DNA from: Amoebidium appalachense
Taxonomy: Eukaryota; Protista; Ichthyosporea
DNA length: 64,000 nt
Reading direction: 5' to 3'
Assembly: GCA_963693365.1 (NCBI GenBank)
Contig: CAVNZM010000011.1
Location: 3,453,098 to 3,517,097, forward strand
Under the pieces are notes generated by a model, which was not told where the DNA came from, did not search any database, and saw nothing but the letters and a program-made list of their open reading frames with translations. A program made the translations under genes and the position numbers. Shown one piece after another: positions 38,904-49,754 of this stretch. The stretch's first letter is position 1; each line of letters begins with the position of its first letter.

Positions 38904-40763
38904 TCAGTCAGGCCATTGATCGTAAAAGAGCACGAAGTCGCCTGGCCTGCTGGTAATATGGTGATACCGATCACAGTCAGGCCAAAGTTCATCCCATGTG
39001 TTGGTTGCTGCTTCATAACACAACCAGTGGTCGTATGGTTCACCAACTACTTGCACATGGTGATTCCTGATGGCATCCTCGAGGGCTATCTGACACGGCA
39101 GTTGCGGGTACCAATCCGCACCATCCAAAACCTCGGCGATAGGAACAGCACTCCACAGGGCATCCGCGCTGGGAGACGTGTCAGGCTGGCCCGTGGTCTT
39201 GTTAATACCGATATAGCTGCCGCGCTGTTGTTCCAAATGGTCGGAGGGGGTTTGTACCCAAAATAACTCGATGTCTGCCTGCCAGGGGCAGACGCCGTCG
39301 GCATCGTTGAGCATGATTTGGTCAAATCCACTCGGGGGGTAGATGACGGCCGCTTGCCGGGTTTCGGTGTCGTAAGCATACAACCCGTCAACAACGAATG
39401 GCAAATCTCTACCTTGCCCCTCCGCTTTGGCTGTTTTGAACTCTTCGCGCTCAACATCTTTCCTGATTGTGTCAATGAAGTCTCCCCAATCGAAGGGAAG
39501 CACCATGACGTGTCGTTTGTTCATGACGTCCACAAGCATCTGCCACGACACGCCCACTTGCAGACGCCGCATGTATGTGGAAATTTCGACGGTTTCGATG
39601 TCGGTATCGATCTGGCCCAGGGGAACAAACTCGCCTTCTTCCTGCCCTTCCTGAATCTCGTAAGCAAACCACCCCGTGCACCGCCCGAATATGTTTTTGC
39701 GCTCGGCAGGCCCACCCTCGCTGTAATCCGCCTGGACCCTGCTAACTAAATTCGAAAGCTTTTTGTCCCATTCCAGCTTGTGTCTAATGATGTTTGCGTA
39801 GTCGTACAGGTGGGCTTGGGTACGGGGTGCAGTTGTAACTGGCGGGTTTGAGGCAGCTTGTGCCAAAATATTGGCCTTTTGGGTGGCCATATCTAGTATT
39901 ATATTCGCATGGACATCGTCGTAGCCGTCGTTGTCGTGGTCCCTCCGGTGGGCATAATGGTCCATCAATCGCAGCACCAAACACGTGTTAAACGACTCTA
40001 ACATATACGCAGAGCTGTCTAACTTGACAACTCCTGCAGACCCTCGCAACCACGCAGTGCACGGCGGGTAATGCCGCAGTTTGCCGTCCCCCGTGTACCC
40101 CTCACTGGGGTGTGTCTCTACGATCCTTCTAATAGCATCCTCAGGAAGTAAACCCCACCAGTTCCAGAACCTACTATCCTGAAAATCACTGTTATTCTCT
40201 ATGGCGTATTGGACATCCGCCAAAGTGGAGGTTGCAAAAAACATATCGGCAAAGCTCTCGCTCGTTTTTTGGTCCAGTTCGGACATTTTTGCCGCAATCT
40301 CTGCTGCTGTGGCCTGCATCACCGTCCTAGTTGCAAGGCAACAGCGCCCTTCAGGGTTGTACACGGCCAGCTTGTCATAGCTTCGGAGGTACACCGCTGT
40401 GCATGCACGGAAACCTGCTTTCAACTCTTCCTGCAGTTGCAATAGACTCAACGAGGTGTCTACCTCAAACACAACAAAAGGGTGCAACGTTTCCACTAGA
40501 GTGACATCTTCGGGGGTTGAAACCGTGGCAAGGCCGTTGGTGTTTGCAAGAGAAAACACTACAACATCTTCCCCTACAGGGCCTAACAACAGCGGTGTCT
40601 TCGAAGGAACGATCCGAACACGCACTGGCATTGAGGGTGCAAGTCCCATTGCTGACAGCGAAATAATAATTCTGCCTATACCCTGCATGCCAAATCCTGT
40701 TGTGTTTTCGTGCAGCTGAGGTCGGTGTATTTGAAACGATTTGGATATAATAACATCAGTCAT
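38904..40763 (-). CDS. Orphan intronless 619-aa protein
   Basis: Long non-repetitive ORF; CCAAT-rich upstream region; AATAAA at ~38850. Confidence 0.75.
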   Translation of the reverse strand: MTDVIISKSFQIHRPQLHENTTGFGMQGIGRIIISLSAMGLAPSMPVRVRIVPSKTPLLLGPVGEDVVVFSLANTNGLATVSTPEDVTLVETLHPFVVFEVDTSLSLLQLQEELKAGFRACTAVYLRSYDKLAVYNPEGRCCLATRTVMQATAAEIAAKMSELDQKTSESFADMFFATSTLADVQYAIENNSDFQDSRFWNWWGLLPEDAIRRIVETHPSEGYTGDGKLRHYPPCTAWLRGSAGVVKLDSSAYMLESFNTCLVLRLMDHYAHRRDHDNDGYDDVHANIILDMATQKANILAQAASNPPVTTAPRTQAHLYDYANIIRHKLEWDKKLSNLVSRVQADYSEGGPAERKNIFGRCTGWFAYEIQEGQEEGEFVPLGQIDTDIETVEISTYMRRLQVGVSWQMLVDVMNKRHVMVLPFDWGDFIDTIRKDVEREEFKTAKAEGQGRDLPFVVDGLYAYDTETRQAAVIYPPSGFDQIMLNDADGVCPWQADIELFWVQTPSDHLEQQRGSYIGINKTTGQPDTSPSADALWSAVPIAEVLDGADWYPQLPCQIALEDAIRNHHVQVVGEPYDHWLCYEAATNTWDELWPDCDRYHHITSRPGDFVLFYDQWPD

Positions 40764-41362
40764 CGCGCTGATTGGCTAAACGCGGATGACACATCTTTTA
40801 ACGGATGATTGGTTGGATAAATCTAGTTACCATCGGCTAGCCGCGCTGATTGGCCAAATCCAATTGGTGGCATAACCCGTGCGCAAGCCCGAAAATTCGG
40901 ATTTGTTTCTTGGTATTTTTTGAAGTCCGGAATATTTTTGCCTGGGGTGTATGGTATTTTTCATCCCCAGTTAAAGGGGGTAAAAGGGGGTTCCTATTTT
41001 AGCTTACCACGAAATTTGCAGGGGTTTACCATAAACTGAAAATATGATGGTATTTTTGAAACGTTTAGGGTATTTTTTACCGTAAAAACGGGGTTATGGT
41101 CGGGCCTGCCCGTGCGCTTGCACCTGTGTTGCTTGAGAGTAGGGTCATGAGCGCTATCACCGTGCGCTTGCACCTGTGTTGCTTGAGAGTAGGGTCATGA
41201 GCGCTATCACCGTGCGCTTGCACCTGTGTTGTTGGCGAGTAGGGTCATGATCGCTATCACCATACCCTTGCTCATGAGCGCCCCCCCCCCTCCCCCCCCC
41301 CAAACCCTCCTCCCATCTGCCCGCACAACCCCAACCCCACATTATATCGTGCACCGGGTAAC

Positions 41363-41755
41363 ATGGACGCTGGCGCACCCCTTCCCCCACCCAGCCCATT
41401 CGCACCCCCTCCCCCGATCCGCACAAGCCCGCGCAGCACCCCCGGGCCCTCCCCCATCCTACTGGCCATCCTGGCCGGCCTGATCCTCTACGTGCTCTGG
41501 GACATGTTCAGCCCACGTGTGCGGCGGCGCCTGGCAGTGCTCAAGTGCCAGCGTGCGTGCCCAATGTGTGCCAGCTGCGGCAGCTGCGTTCCCCGCCGCA
41601 AGTGTGCGCACTGCCCCCGCTGCCACGTGTGCGGTGCCAGCCCCACTCGGTGCGCACAGTGCCCCGCATGCACGCGCTGCCCGCCCGAGCAGAAGTGCCC
41701 GGCGTGCCCCACGTGTGCGCATGCGCCTGCGGTGGTGATCAAGGAGCGCACTTGA
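41363..41755 (+). CDS. Membrane protein with CxxC repeats (virus-like)
   Basis: TM ILLAILAGLILYVLW then CPMC, CAHCPRCHVC, CPAC repeats; GC3-rich, intronless. Confidence 0.65.
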   Translation: MDAGAPLPPPSPFAPPPPIRTSPRSTPGPSPILLAILAGLILYVLWDMFSPRVRRRLAVLKCQRACPMCASCGSCVPRRKCAHCPRCHVCGASPTRCAQCPACTRCPPEQKCPACPTCAHAPAVVIKERT

Positions 41756-41791
41756 AGGGTTGGGTGAGCAGAGATTTTTGTGGCATAGAGT

Positions 41792-42052
41792 ATGGCGTAC
41801 CAATGGGAGTACAAGCTGAAGGAGGAGCCCGGCAAGGCACCCGTGGTGCAAGCAACTATTGTGCCGACCGAGGCCACCACCCGGCGGACGCAGATGGAGC
41901 AACGAGCATACGCACAAGAGCTTGCGGAAAAGGGCTATATAGATCTGCCCGATGAGTTGGCGGAGAAGTGTGGATTCAAGAAGTGGGTGCCGAAGAATCA
42001 ACGACAGACAGCAATGGTACTGCAGAAGATGATGGAGCCTGAGGATGCATAG
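41792..42052 (+). CDS. Small hypothetical protein
   Basis: 86-aa ORF 37 bp after the previous gene. Confidence 0.55.
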   Translation: MAYQWEYKLKEEPGKAPVVQATIVPTEATTRRTQMEQRAYAQELAEKGYIDLPDELAEKCGFKKWVPKNQRQTAMVLQKMMEPEDA

Positions 42053-42243
42053 AGACCTACACACAAAGGATGAATGGACTTACACCACAAACATGGAAAA
42101 TGTAAATGACGAGAGAATCTCCACAAACATGGAAAATGTAAATGACGAGAGAATCTGTTGGGATGTTTAATTTTGATGAGCTGGAGTCTATCTCCCCCCC
42201 CCTCCCCTTCACCGTTCAATGAAAACTTGGTAGCATGTGTATC

Positions 42244-42395
<152 letters not shown>

Positions 42396-43218
42396 ACAAT
42401 GTACGTGCCAGTGTGCTTGTACACAGATTGAAAAGGAGACTTGGGGTATATTAAATGGAGTCTCTCCCGCTACCACGGGCAAATACATTCAATAATCATT
42501 ACGGAAACTTGGTACTGTTACCGGGCAAATACAATATACATGAAAATTTGGATAAGATTGAAGCAGATCACATTCGAATAAACATTACAGAAAACTTAGT
42601 ATGAAAACTTTGTACCACGTCTTTCCTCCACCACACCCATCACAAACCCCTATAGATGTGGATGTGTGCCTACTGCCCACACCACCACAAATACGTTTCC
42701 CCCACCGCACCCACCACAAACCCTAAGTAAGATGTGAATGTGGGGCCTACCCGCCGCCACCACTACAACTACGTTTCCCCCACCGCACCCACCACAAACC
42801 CTAAGTAAGATGTGAATGTGGGGCCTACCCGCCGCCACCACTACAACTACGTTTCCCCACCGCACCCACCACAAACCCTAAGTAAGATGTGAATGTGGGG
42901 CCTACCCGCCGCCACCACTACAACTACGTTTCCCCCACCGCACCCACCACAAACCCTAAGTAAGATGTGAATGTGGGGCCTACCCGCCGCCACCACTACA
43001 ACTACGTTTCCCCCACCGCACCCACCACAAACCCTAAGTAAGATGTGAATGTGGGGCCTACCCGCCGCCACCACTACAACTACGTTTCCCCACCGGCACC
43101 CACCACAAACCCTAAGTAAGATGTGAATGTGGGGCCTACCCGCCGCCACCACTACAACTACGTTTCCCCCACCGCACCCACCACAAACCCTAAGTAAGAT
43201 GTGAATGTGAGGCCTACC

Positions 43219-46200
43219 TGTTGGAGTACACTGGTACTCCCGGCTAGCAATGTCTGTTAGAGAAAGTTTCTGAGCAATTGAATAACTGTTTCAACACTCA
43301 CTCGAGTGCATAGAGCTTTTGTTTACGGTCATATTCATATATGGTAGTTATATGTTTGAGCCAAAACTGTACCAATGACGAGCTTCACTAGCAACGTGCT
43401 AATTGTGCTCATTAATTAATATTCCCGGTTCAGATGATGTCATGTCTATATTTGCCACAGGATTCTATTCTTAGAGTGGTAGTGTGCTTTATTCCCGGAT
43501 ATTCTCAGAATATTTTTAGTTGTGTGAAGCAAGATTTACGTTTAACTGCAATTGGTGTGTTAAACACGTTTATTTGTGTGCTTTAGTGCAAGTTAACTAG
43601 CCACTCAACGTGCACAGTTAACTTTTATATCTTTAACGACTTGTTTTCATTGTGCTCTCTTTTCGGCCATGCTGTACATGGCCCACCACCAGGGTGCACA
43701 CGAGGCCACCATGAGGTGGCCAACGACTATATAAAGCAGTGCCTCCCATGTCACAAACATGGGAAGCAGAACGTTTGATTTACACTTTTCTACTGTCGTT
43801 TCCAGTGCACAAAACACATAGACTAGTTACCCATCATACACGACACTATGTCTGACAACTTACAGTTGCAGCAACTAGTCCAACTACTGGAGCAGAGGTT
43901 GGCCTCACAAGATGCAATCATTTCTGACTTACAGAAGGAACAACGTGCACTAGAACTAGCTTCTATGAACACAATGTCCAACAGGGTTATGGGCCCCTCA
44001 CGTAATGATTCCATCAAGTTCAAGGTCGACATCCCTCTCTTCACTGGCATTGATAATGATTCAGGCACGGACTACCACACATGGGCCGAAACCATGTATG
44101 TCCAGCTTTCTGGTGCTGGTCTTCTCCACACCATCGCGCCCAGTACGGAGCACCCGGCTACCCGTGAACAGGTCGACACTGCCCGTTCCTACCTGTGGCA
44201 AGCACTCTCGATTGACGTGCGTTGTATCCTAGGGTTAACACGCACCACCACACCTGCGGAGATATGGTCGGCCCTATCTGCCCACTACCTGGAGCAATCT
44301 GAGGCCAATCAGTACGACCTTATCGGGCTGTACATGAATTCTACGCCTGAACCTACGGACACCGCGACGAAATACGCCATGAAACTCCGCGGCTACGTGC
44401 GGCGCCTGGCCGATTACGGCACACAAATTGGTGATGCTCAAGTGCTGACCAAGCTCACCAACGACCTCGGCAAGGTGCCTTACTACGAAATGCCTGTAAT
44501 TGCCTACAAGATGACACCCAAGCCTACCGTGATGGGCCTCCTCCAACAGCTACGGGCATATGAGACCAGCCACCCACGTGCACGTGTGACTACCAGCTCC
44601 GGGCCGGCCGCCTTCACCACACGGGCTCCTCAACCTGTCATCTGCCACGGCTGCGGCAAACCAGGCCACATCAAGTCTCAGTGCCCCAACGGCAACGGCC
44701 AACACAGCAACTCTGGCAACAACCGTGCCAGCACCTACCCCAAGGGTTCCTGCGTCAACCACCCACTGTCTACCAGTCACACTACCGCCATGTGCAAGGG
44801 GGGCAACCGTGCCAACGGCCGCAAACCTAAGGGTGGTCCCCTCCTGCCTGGGTCCTGCATCAACCACCCTGCCTCTACTACCCACACTACGGCACAGTGC
44901 AAGGGGGGGGCTGCCGCTCCCCGGGCTTTCCTCATGTCTAGCAACGACTGTGGCACCAACAAGGTGCTCCTCGACTCTGGAGCCACTGACCATGTGTGCC
45001 CCCGGCCCGATGTGTTCATCAACATGCGTGCGGCGCCTTACTCCACGGTCCAAGTAGCCGACAAGGGTGCATGTGCAGTGCTTGGGGTGGGCGACGTGTT
45101 CTTTTCCAGCACCATCGACGGCGTTACTGCGGTGCATCAGCTGACGGATGTACTCTACGTGCCCTCCATCCCCGACACTCTCATCAGTGTGTTCACGGCA
45201 ACTACCAACGGTGTTTTACCCCGCTTTGACACCCGCGGCGGCGTTAAGTTGTGCTACGGCGATCAAATTCTGGCCACCGGCTCGGCTGTCGGCACCAAGC
45301 TGTACCACATGGCGGTGTCTCTTCTGCGCGCGGACACAACCCCGGACGCCCAAACCACCACTGCTCCGCGTATCCTCAAGGTTACTGCCGACCTCAACAC
45401 GTGGCACTACCGTCTGGGCCATGCTGGCATTGACGCTGTACGCTCGGTCATCAAGTCTGCAGGCCTGTCGGTGGGTGGCGGTGCCAAGTCTCCGGGTGTG
45501 TGTGAGCCCTGTGCCCTCGGCAAAGCCCACCGTGTTGCCTTCTCCGAATCAACTAGCCAAGCTCCCCGGGTCCTAGCCAAGGTTCACAGCGACATCAGCG
45601 GCCCCTTCCCTCCCGCGATCGGTGGTGCTCAGTACTTGGCGACGTTCCACGACGAATTCACCGGCCACACCACGGCCGTGCCCCTCGTCAAGAAGTCGGA
45701 CACACTGGCTGCATATGTGACGTACCACAAGGCGGCGGTTACCCAACACGGTGTTCCCATGCAGGTGTTTCAGTCCGACGGGGGGGGCGAGTACATGGGC
45801 ACGGCCTTCGGGGACTACAACCGTGAGCATGGCATTCGCCATCAGATCACTACCACCGGCTCTCCTCAACAGAATGGGACTGCCGAACGACTGAACCGGA
45901 CCCTCCTCGACATGGTTCGGGCACTCCTGCAGCAGTCCGGCCTTCCGGTGGGATTCTGGGCCGAGGCAGCTGTGACCGCGGCTTTTATACGCAACATGCT
46001 CCCGTCGCGAGCCACCGGCAGCCAATCGTCTCCCGCTCTGCTGTGGACCGGCATTCCTCCCGACTACAGCCGGCTCCGTGTCTGGGGCTCTCCCTGCTAC
46101 GTCCATCAACAGGATACACCGAAACTGGCGCCTCGTGCCGTCAAGGGCGTCTTCGTGGGCTACCCTCCTAACATCAAGGGCTACAAGGTCTGGATTCCAG

Positions 46201-49097
46201 CAGCACACAAGATGACCGTCAGCCGTGACGTGCAGTTCGACGAGGCTGCTATTCTGCACCCCCTCCGTGATGTCCCATCTGATTGGTCGACCGCACCGGC
46301 AATTCATCATTTTTTGGAGTCATCTGATTCGTCAAATCAGCCAGCCAATCACATCGTCCGGAATGATCAGCAATCTGATTCGTCTCGTCTGTCAGCCAAT
46401 GGGACAGCGCCGAGTGATCAATTGGACATTCCGATCCTGCCCGAGCCTGCACATCGGCTCCCCCGGACGACCCGTAGTGGCGCTGTGTACAACGACCAAC
46501 GTCGAGGCCCGACTGCCAACGTGGCTGCTGCTACGGCCCCCCTTGCCCCCCAGGCTACGGCTCCTGCATCAACACCCATCAAGGCTTCCACCATTGTTGT
46601 CCCCAAGACTGTCCGGGCTGCACTCAAGAGTCCCCAGCGTCTGAAATGGGAGGAGGCTGCACACCGTGAGCTCAAGGCCCTGGAAGACAACGGCACCTTC
46701 ACCCTTGTGCCCCGTCCAGAGGATGGCTCCACTGTCATTCCGGTCGGCTGGGTCTTTACGGTCAAGCAGGACAACGTCGGCAACGTCACTGCTTTCAAGG
46801 CCCGGCTTGTGGCCCGGGGCAACTACCAGCAGCCTGGCCAGGACTATTTCGTCACCGAGTCACCTGTGGCTGCGCTGGCTACCATCCGGCTGGTTTTGGC
46901 TACCTCCGTGGCCCAAGGTCTGCCTCTGCGCCACATCGACGTCAACACAGCATTCCTCAACGGCACCGTCAACGAGACCATCTACATTGAGCAGCCCCCT
47001 GGCTTCGTCAACCCCTCGGCCCCCCATGCTGTCGGCTTGCTCCACAAGGCGCTCTACGGCCTAAAACAGGCACCGCGCCAGTGGTATGAGGCCCTCCGTG
47101 ACCATCTCCTCGACCAAGGCTTCATTGTGAGTGCTGCTGACCCGTGCCTGTTCATCAAGAATGCCGGGACCCCAACATTTATTGCCCTTGCTGCCTACGT
47201 GGATGACTTCACCGTGACGGCCGCCACTGATGCGCTCATCGACGATTTTTTCACCAAGCTGGATGCTCGTTTCTCTGCCAAGGACCTGGGTCGTCCTACC
47301 CTGCTCATCGGGCACACTCTTACCTGGCTGGAGGACGGGTCTCTGCGTCTGGGCCATCGTCAACACATCATCGACTTGGCTGCCCGTTTTCGTCTCACCC
47401 ACATGTCCGGCACCAAGACCCCCATCGTCCCGGGCCAGGCCAGTGAAAGCAACAAGACCCCAGCCTACAGCAAGAAGGAGGACTATGCCAGCCTGGTCGG
47501 TGCCCTGCTGTGGATTGCGCGTACCACCCGCCCCGACATTTCCCAGGCTCTGGGAGTCCTTACTCGACACATTCATGCGCCCACCGTCACCCACTGGACT
47601 ATGGCTACCAGAGTTGTAAGCTACCTGCTGGCCACCATCGACCTGGGTATTGTCTACCGTCCCGGCCCCCCCAACCTTGTTGGCTACTCCGACTCCGACT
47701 ACGCCGAGGACCGCGACACCCGGCGCTCCACCACGGGCTATGTCTTCTTCATAAACTCCTCCCCTGTGTCCTGGGTGTCTCGGCTCCAGTCCATCACCAC
47801 CCACAGCTCCACTGAGGCTGAATTTGTGGCCATGTCTGCTGCTACGAACGAGGCCCTATGGCTCAACTATGTGATGGACGACCTGGGCCTTAATCCTATC
47901 AATGAGCCCACCCCGGTGCCCATCCATGGGGACAATGAGTCTGCCCGGGCCCTGCTGGACACCCTGGGGGTTAAGCCCAAGACCAAGCACATCGACGTCC
48001 GCTACTGCTCCGTCAAGGAACATCACCTGCTGGGCAACATCACTGTGGTCCCGGTGGCTTCTGCTGACAACAAGGCCGACATGTTCACCAAGGCCCTGTC
48101 TGCCTCTTTCTTCACCAAGGCCGTGGGGATGCTCAACATGTGCTGAGCACCCGTCATCAACCAACTGCGCCCTCATACTTCAGGGGGGGGGAGAGAGTTG
48201 CATCCGACTGTGCAACTACGTGTACCATACTAAAATTGAGTAGGGGAATCTTTATTGTCTGTATTTTGTGCACCTGAAGCACTCGAGCTCAGTTGCATTA
48301 ATTCATACCACAATTATCCAATTGAGTAGGGGTGTTGGAGTACACTGGTACTCCCGGCTAGCAATGTCTGTTAGAGAAAGTTTCTGAGCAATTGAATAAC
48401 TGTTTCAACACTCACTCGAGTGCATAGAGCTTTTGTTTACGGTCATATTCATATATGGTAGTTATATGTTTGAGCCAAAACTGTACCAATGACGAGCTTC
48501 ACTAGCAACGTGCTAATTGTGCTCATTAATTAATATTCCCGGTTCAGATGATGTCATGTCTATATTTGCCACAGGATTCTATTCTTAGAGTGGTAGTGTG
48601 CTTTATTCCCGGATATTCTCAGAATATTTTTAGTTGTGTGAAGCAAGATTTACGTTTAACTGCAATTGGTGTGTTAAACACGTTTATTTGTGTGCTTTAG
48701 TGCAAGTTAACTAGCCACTCAACGTGCACAGTTAACTTTTATATCTTTAACGACTTGTTTTCATTGTGCTCTCTTTTCGGCCATGCTGTACATGGCCCAC
48801 CACCAGGGTGCACACGAGGCCACCATGAGGTGGCCAACGACTATATAAAGCAGTGCCTCCCATGTCACAAACATGGGAAGCAGAACGTTTGATTTACACT
48901 TTTCTACTGTCGTTTCCAGTGCACAAAACACATAGACTAGTTACCCATCATACACGACACTATGTCTGACAACTTACAGTTGCAGCAACTAGTCCAACTA
49001 CTGGAGCAGAGGTTGGCCTCACAAGATGCAATCATTTCTGACTTACAGAAGGAACAACGTGCACTAGAACTAGCTTCTATGAACACAATGTCCAACA
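43219..49097 (+). mobile_element. Full-length Ty1/copia LTR retrotransposon; LTRs 43219-43983 and 48333-49097
   Basis: 765-bp LTRs with no differences noticed, TG...CA ends, 5-bp TSD CTACC, half-tRNAiMet PBS GGGTTATGGGCCC, PPT GAGTAGGGG. Confidence 0.98.
43848..48146 (+). CDS. Copia Gag-Pol polyprotein (Gag-PR-IN-RT-RH)
   Basis: CCHC knuckle CHGCGKPGHIKSQC, LLDSGAT, WHYRLGH..CEPC, integrase HSD/QSDGGGEY/AERLNRTL, YVDD, RNase H YSDSD..TEAEF..DN..ADMFTK. Confidence 0.98.
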   Translation: MSDNLQLQQLVQLLEQRLASQDAIISDLQKEQRALELASMNTMSNRVMGPSRNDSIKFKVDIPLFTGIDNDSGTDYHTWAETMYVQLSGAGLLHTIAPSTEHPATREQVDTARSYLWQALSIDVRCILGLTRTTTPAEIWSALSAHYLEQSEANQYDLIGLYMNSTPEPTDTATKYAMKLRGYVRRLADYGTQIGDAQVLTKLTNDLGKVPYYEMPVIAYKMTPKPTVMGLLQQLRAYETSHPRARVTTSSGPAAFTTRAPQPVICHGCGKPGHIKSQCPNGNGQHSNSGNNRASTYPKGSCVNHPLSTSHTTAMCKGGNRANGRKPKGGPLLPGSCINHPASTTHTTAQCKGGAAAPRAFLMSSNDCGTNKVLLDSGATDHVCPRPDVFINMRAAPYSTVQVADKGACAVLGVGDVFFSSTIDGVTAVHQLTDVLYVPSIPDTLISVFTATTNGVLPRFDTRGGVKLCYGDQILATGSAVGTKLYHMAVSLLRADTTPDAQTTTAPRILKVTADLNTWHYRLGHAGIDAVRSVIKSAGLSVGGGAKSPGVCEPCALGKAHRVAFSESTSQAPRVLAKVHSDISGPFPPAIGGAQYLATFHDEFTGHTTAVPLVKKSDTLAAYVTYHKAAVTQHGVPMQVFQSDGGGEYMGTAFGDYNREHGIRHQITTTGSPQQNGTAERLNRTLLDMVRALLQQSGLPVGFWAEAAVTAAFIRNMLPSRATGSQSSPALLWTGIPPDYSRLRVWGSPCYVHQQDTPKLAPRAVKGVFVGYPPNIKGYKVWIPAAHKMTVSRDVQFDEAAILHPLRDVPSDWSTAPAIHHFLESSDSSNQPANHIVRNDQQSDSSRLSANGTAPSDQLDIPILPEPAHRLPRTTRSGAVYNDQRRGPTANVAAATAPLAPQATAPASTPIKASTIVVPKTVRAALKSPQRLKWEEAAHRELKALEDNGTFTLVPRPEDGSTVIPVGWVFTVKQDNVGNVTAFKARLVARGNYQQPGQDYFVTESPVAALATIRLVLATSVAQGLPLRHIDVNTAFLNGTVNETIYIEQPPGFVNPSAPHAVGLLHKALYGLKQAPRQWYEALRDHLLDQGFIVSAADPCLFIKNAGTPTFIALAAYVDDFTVTAATDALIDDFFTKLDARFSAKDLGRPTLLIGHTLTWLEDGSLRLGHRQHIIDLAARFRLTHMSGTKTPIVPGQASESNKTPAYSKKEDYASLVGALLWIARTTRPDISQALGVLTRHIHAPTVTHWTMATRVVSYLLATIDLGIVYRPGPPNLVGYSDSDYAEDRDTRRSTTGYVFFINSSPVSWVSRLQSITTHSSTEAEFVAMSAATNEALWLNYVMDDLGLNPINEPTPVPIHGDNESARALLDTLGVKPKTKHIDVRYCSVKEHHLLGNITVVPVASADNKADMFTKALSASFFTKAVGMLNMC

Positions 49098-49306
49098 CTA
49101 CCCGCCGCCACCACTACAACTACGTTTCCCCACCGCACCCACCACAAACCCTAAGTAAGATGTGAATGTGGGGCCTACCCGCCGCCACCACTACAACTAC
49201 GTTTCCCCCACCGCACCCACCACAAACCCTAAGTAAGATGTGAATGTGGGGCCTACCCGCCGCCACCACTACAACTACGTTTCCCCCACCGCACCCACCA
49301 CAAACC

Positions 49307-49633
49307 CTAGGCCACATTCATTTTGGCTTCCTCCTCGAACTCCTTGATGTCAGCCTTGTACTTCTCTCTCAGCTTTTTCCACTGTGCAGGGGACACCTGT
49401 GGGTTGATAGTTGGGTGTAAGTGGTAGTCCAGCCAGGTGATTTGTTTATGCAAGGCTCAGACATCACTGTATGCCATTACCTCAAACACACCCACGCACC
49501 CACCACTACACCACCATGGCACACACCCACAGAAAACGAACTCCTACGTGTGGACCAGGTCAAGAAAAACTCTGCAAGGACCCAAAAAACCGTTTTTACG
49601 AACCCCTACATGTAATTGTGAATGCTAGGGCAT

Positions 49634-49703
<70 letters not shown>

Positions 49704-49717
49704 GTGTTTGTTTGTTT

Positions 49718-49754
<37 letters not shown>

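Larger units (their letters stand above)
42690..49306. repeat. 78-bp minisatellite split by the copia insertion (42690-43218 and 49098-49306)
   Basis: CCCTAAGTAAGATGTGAATGTGGGGCCTACCCGCCGCC... units continue in phase across the element. Confidence 0.92.

Noticed and set aside
48962-49165. 67-aa ORF MSDNLQLQQ
   Set aside because: Copy of the gag start in the 3' LTR running into minisatellite.
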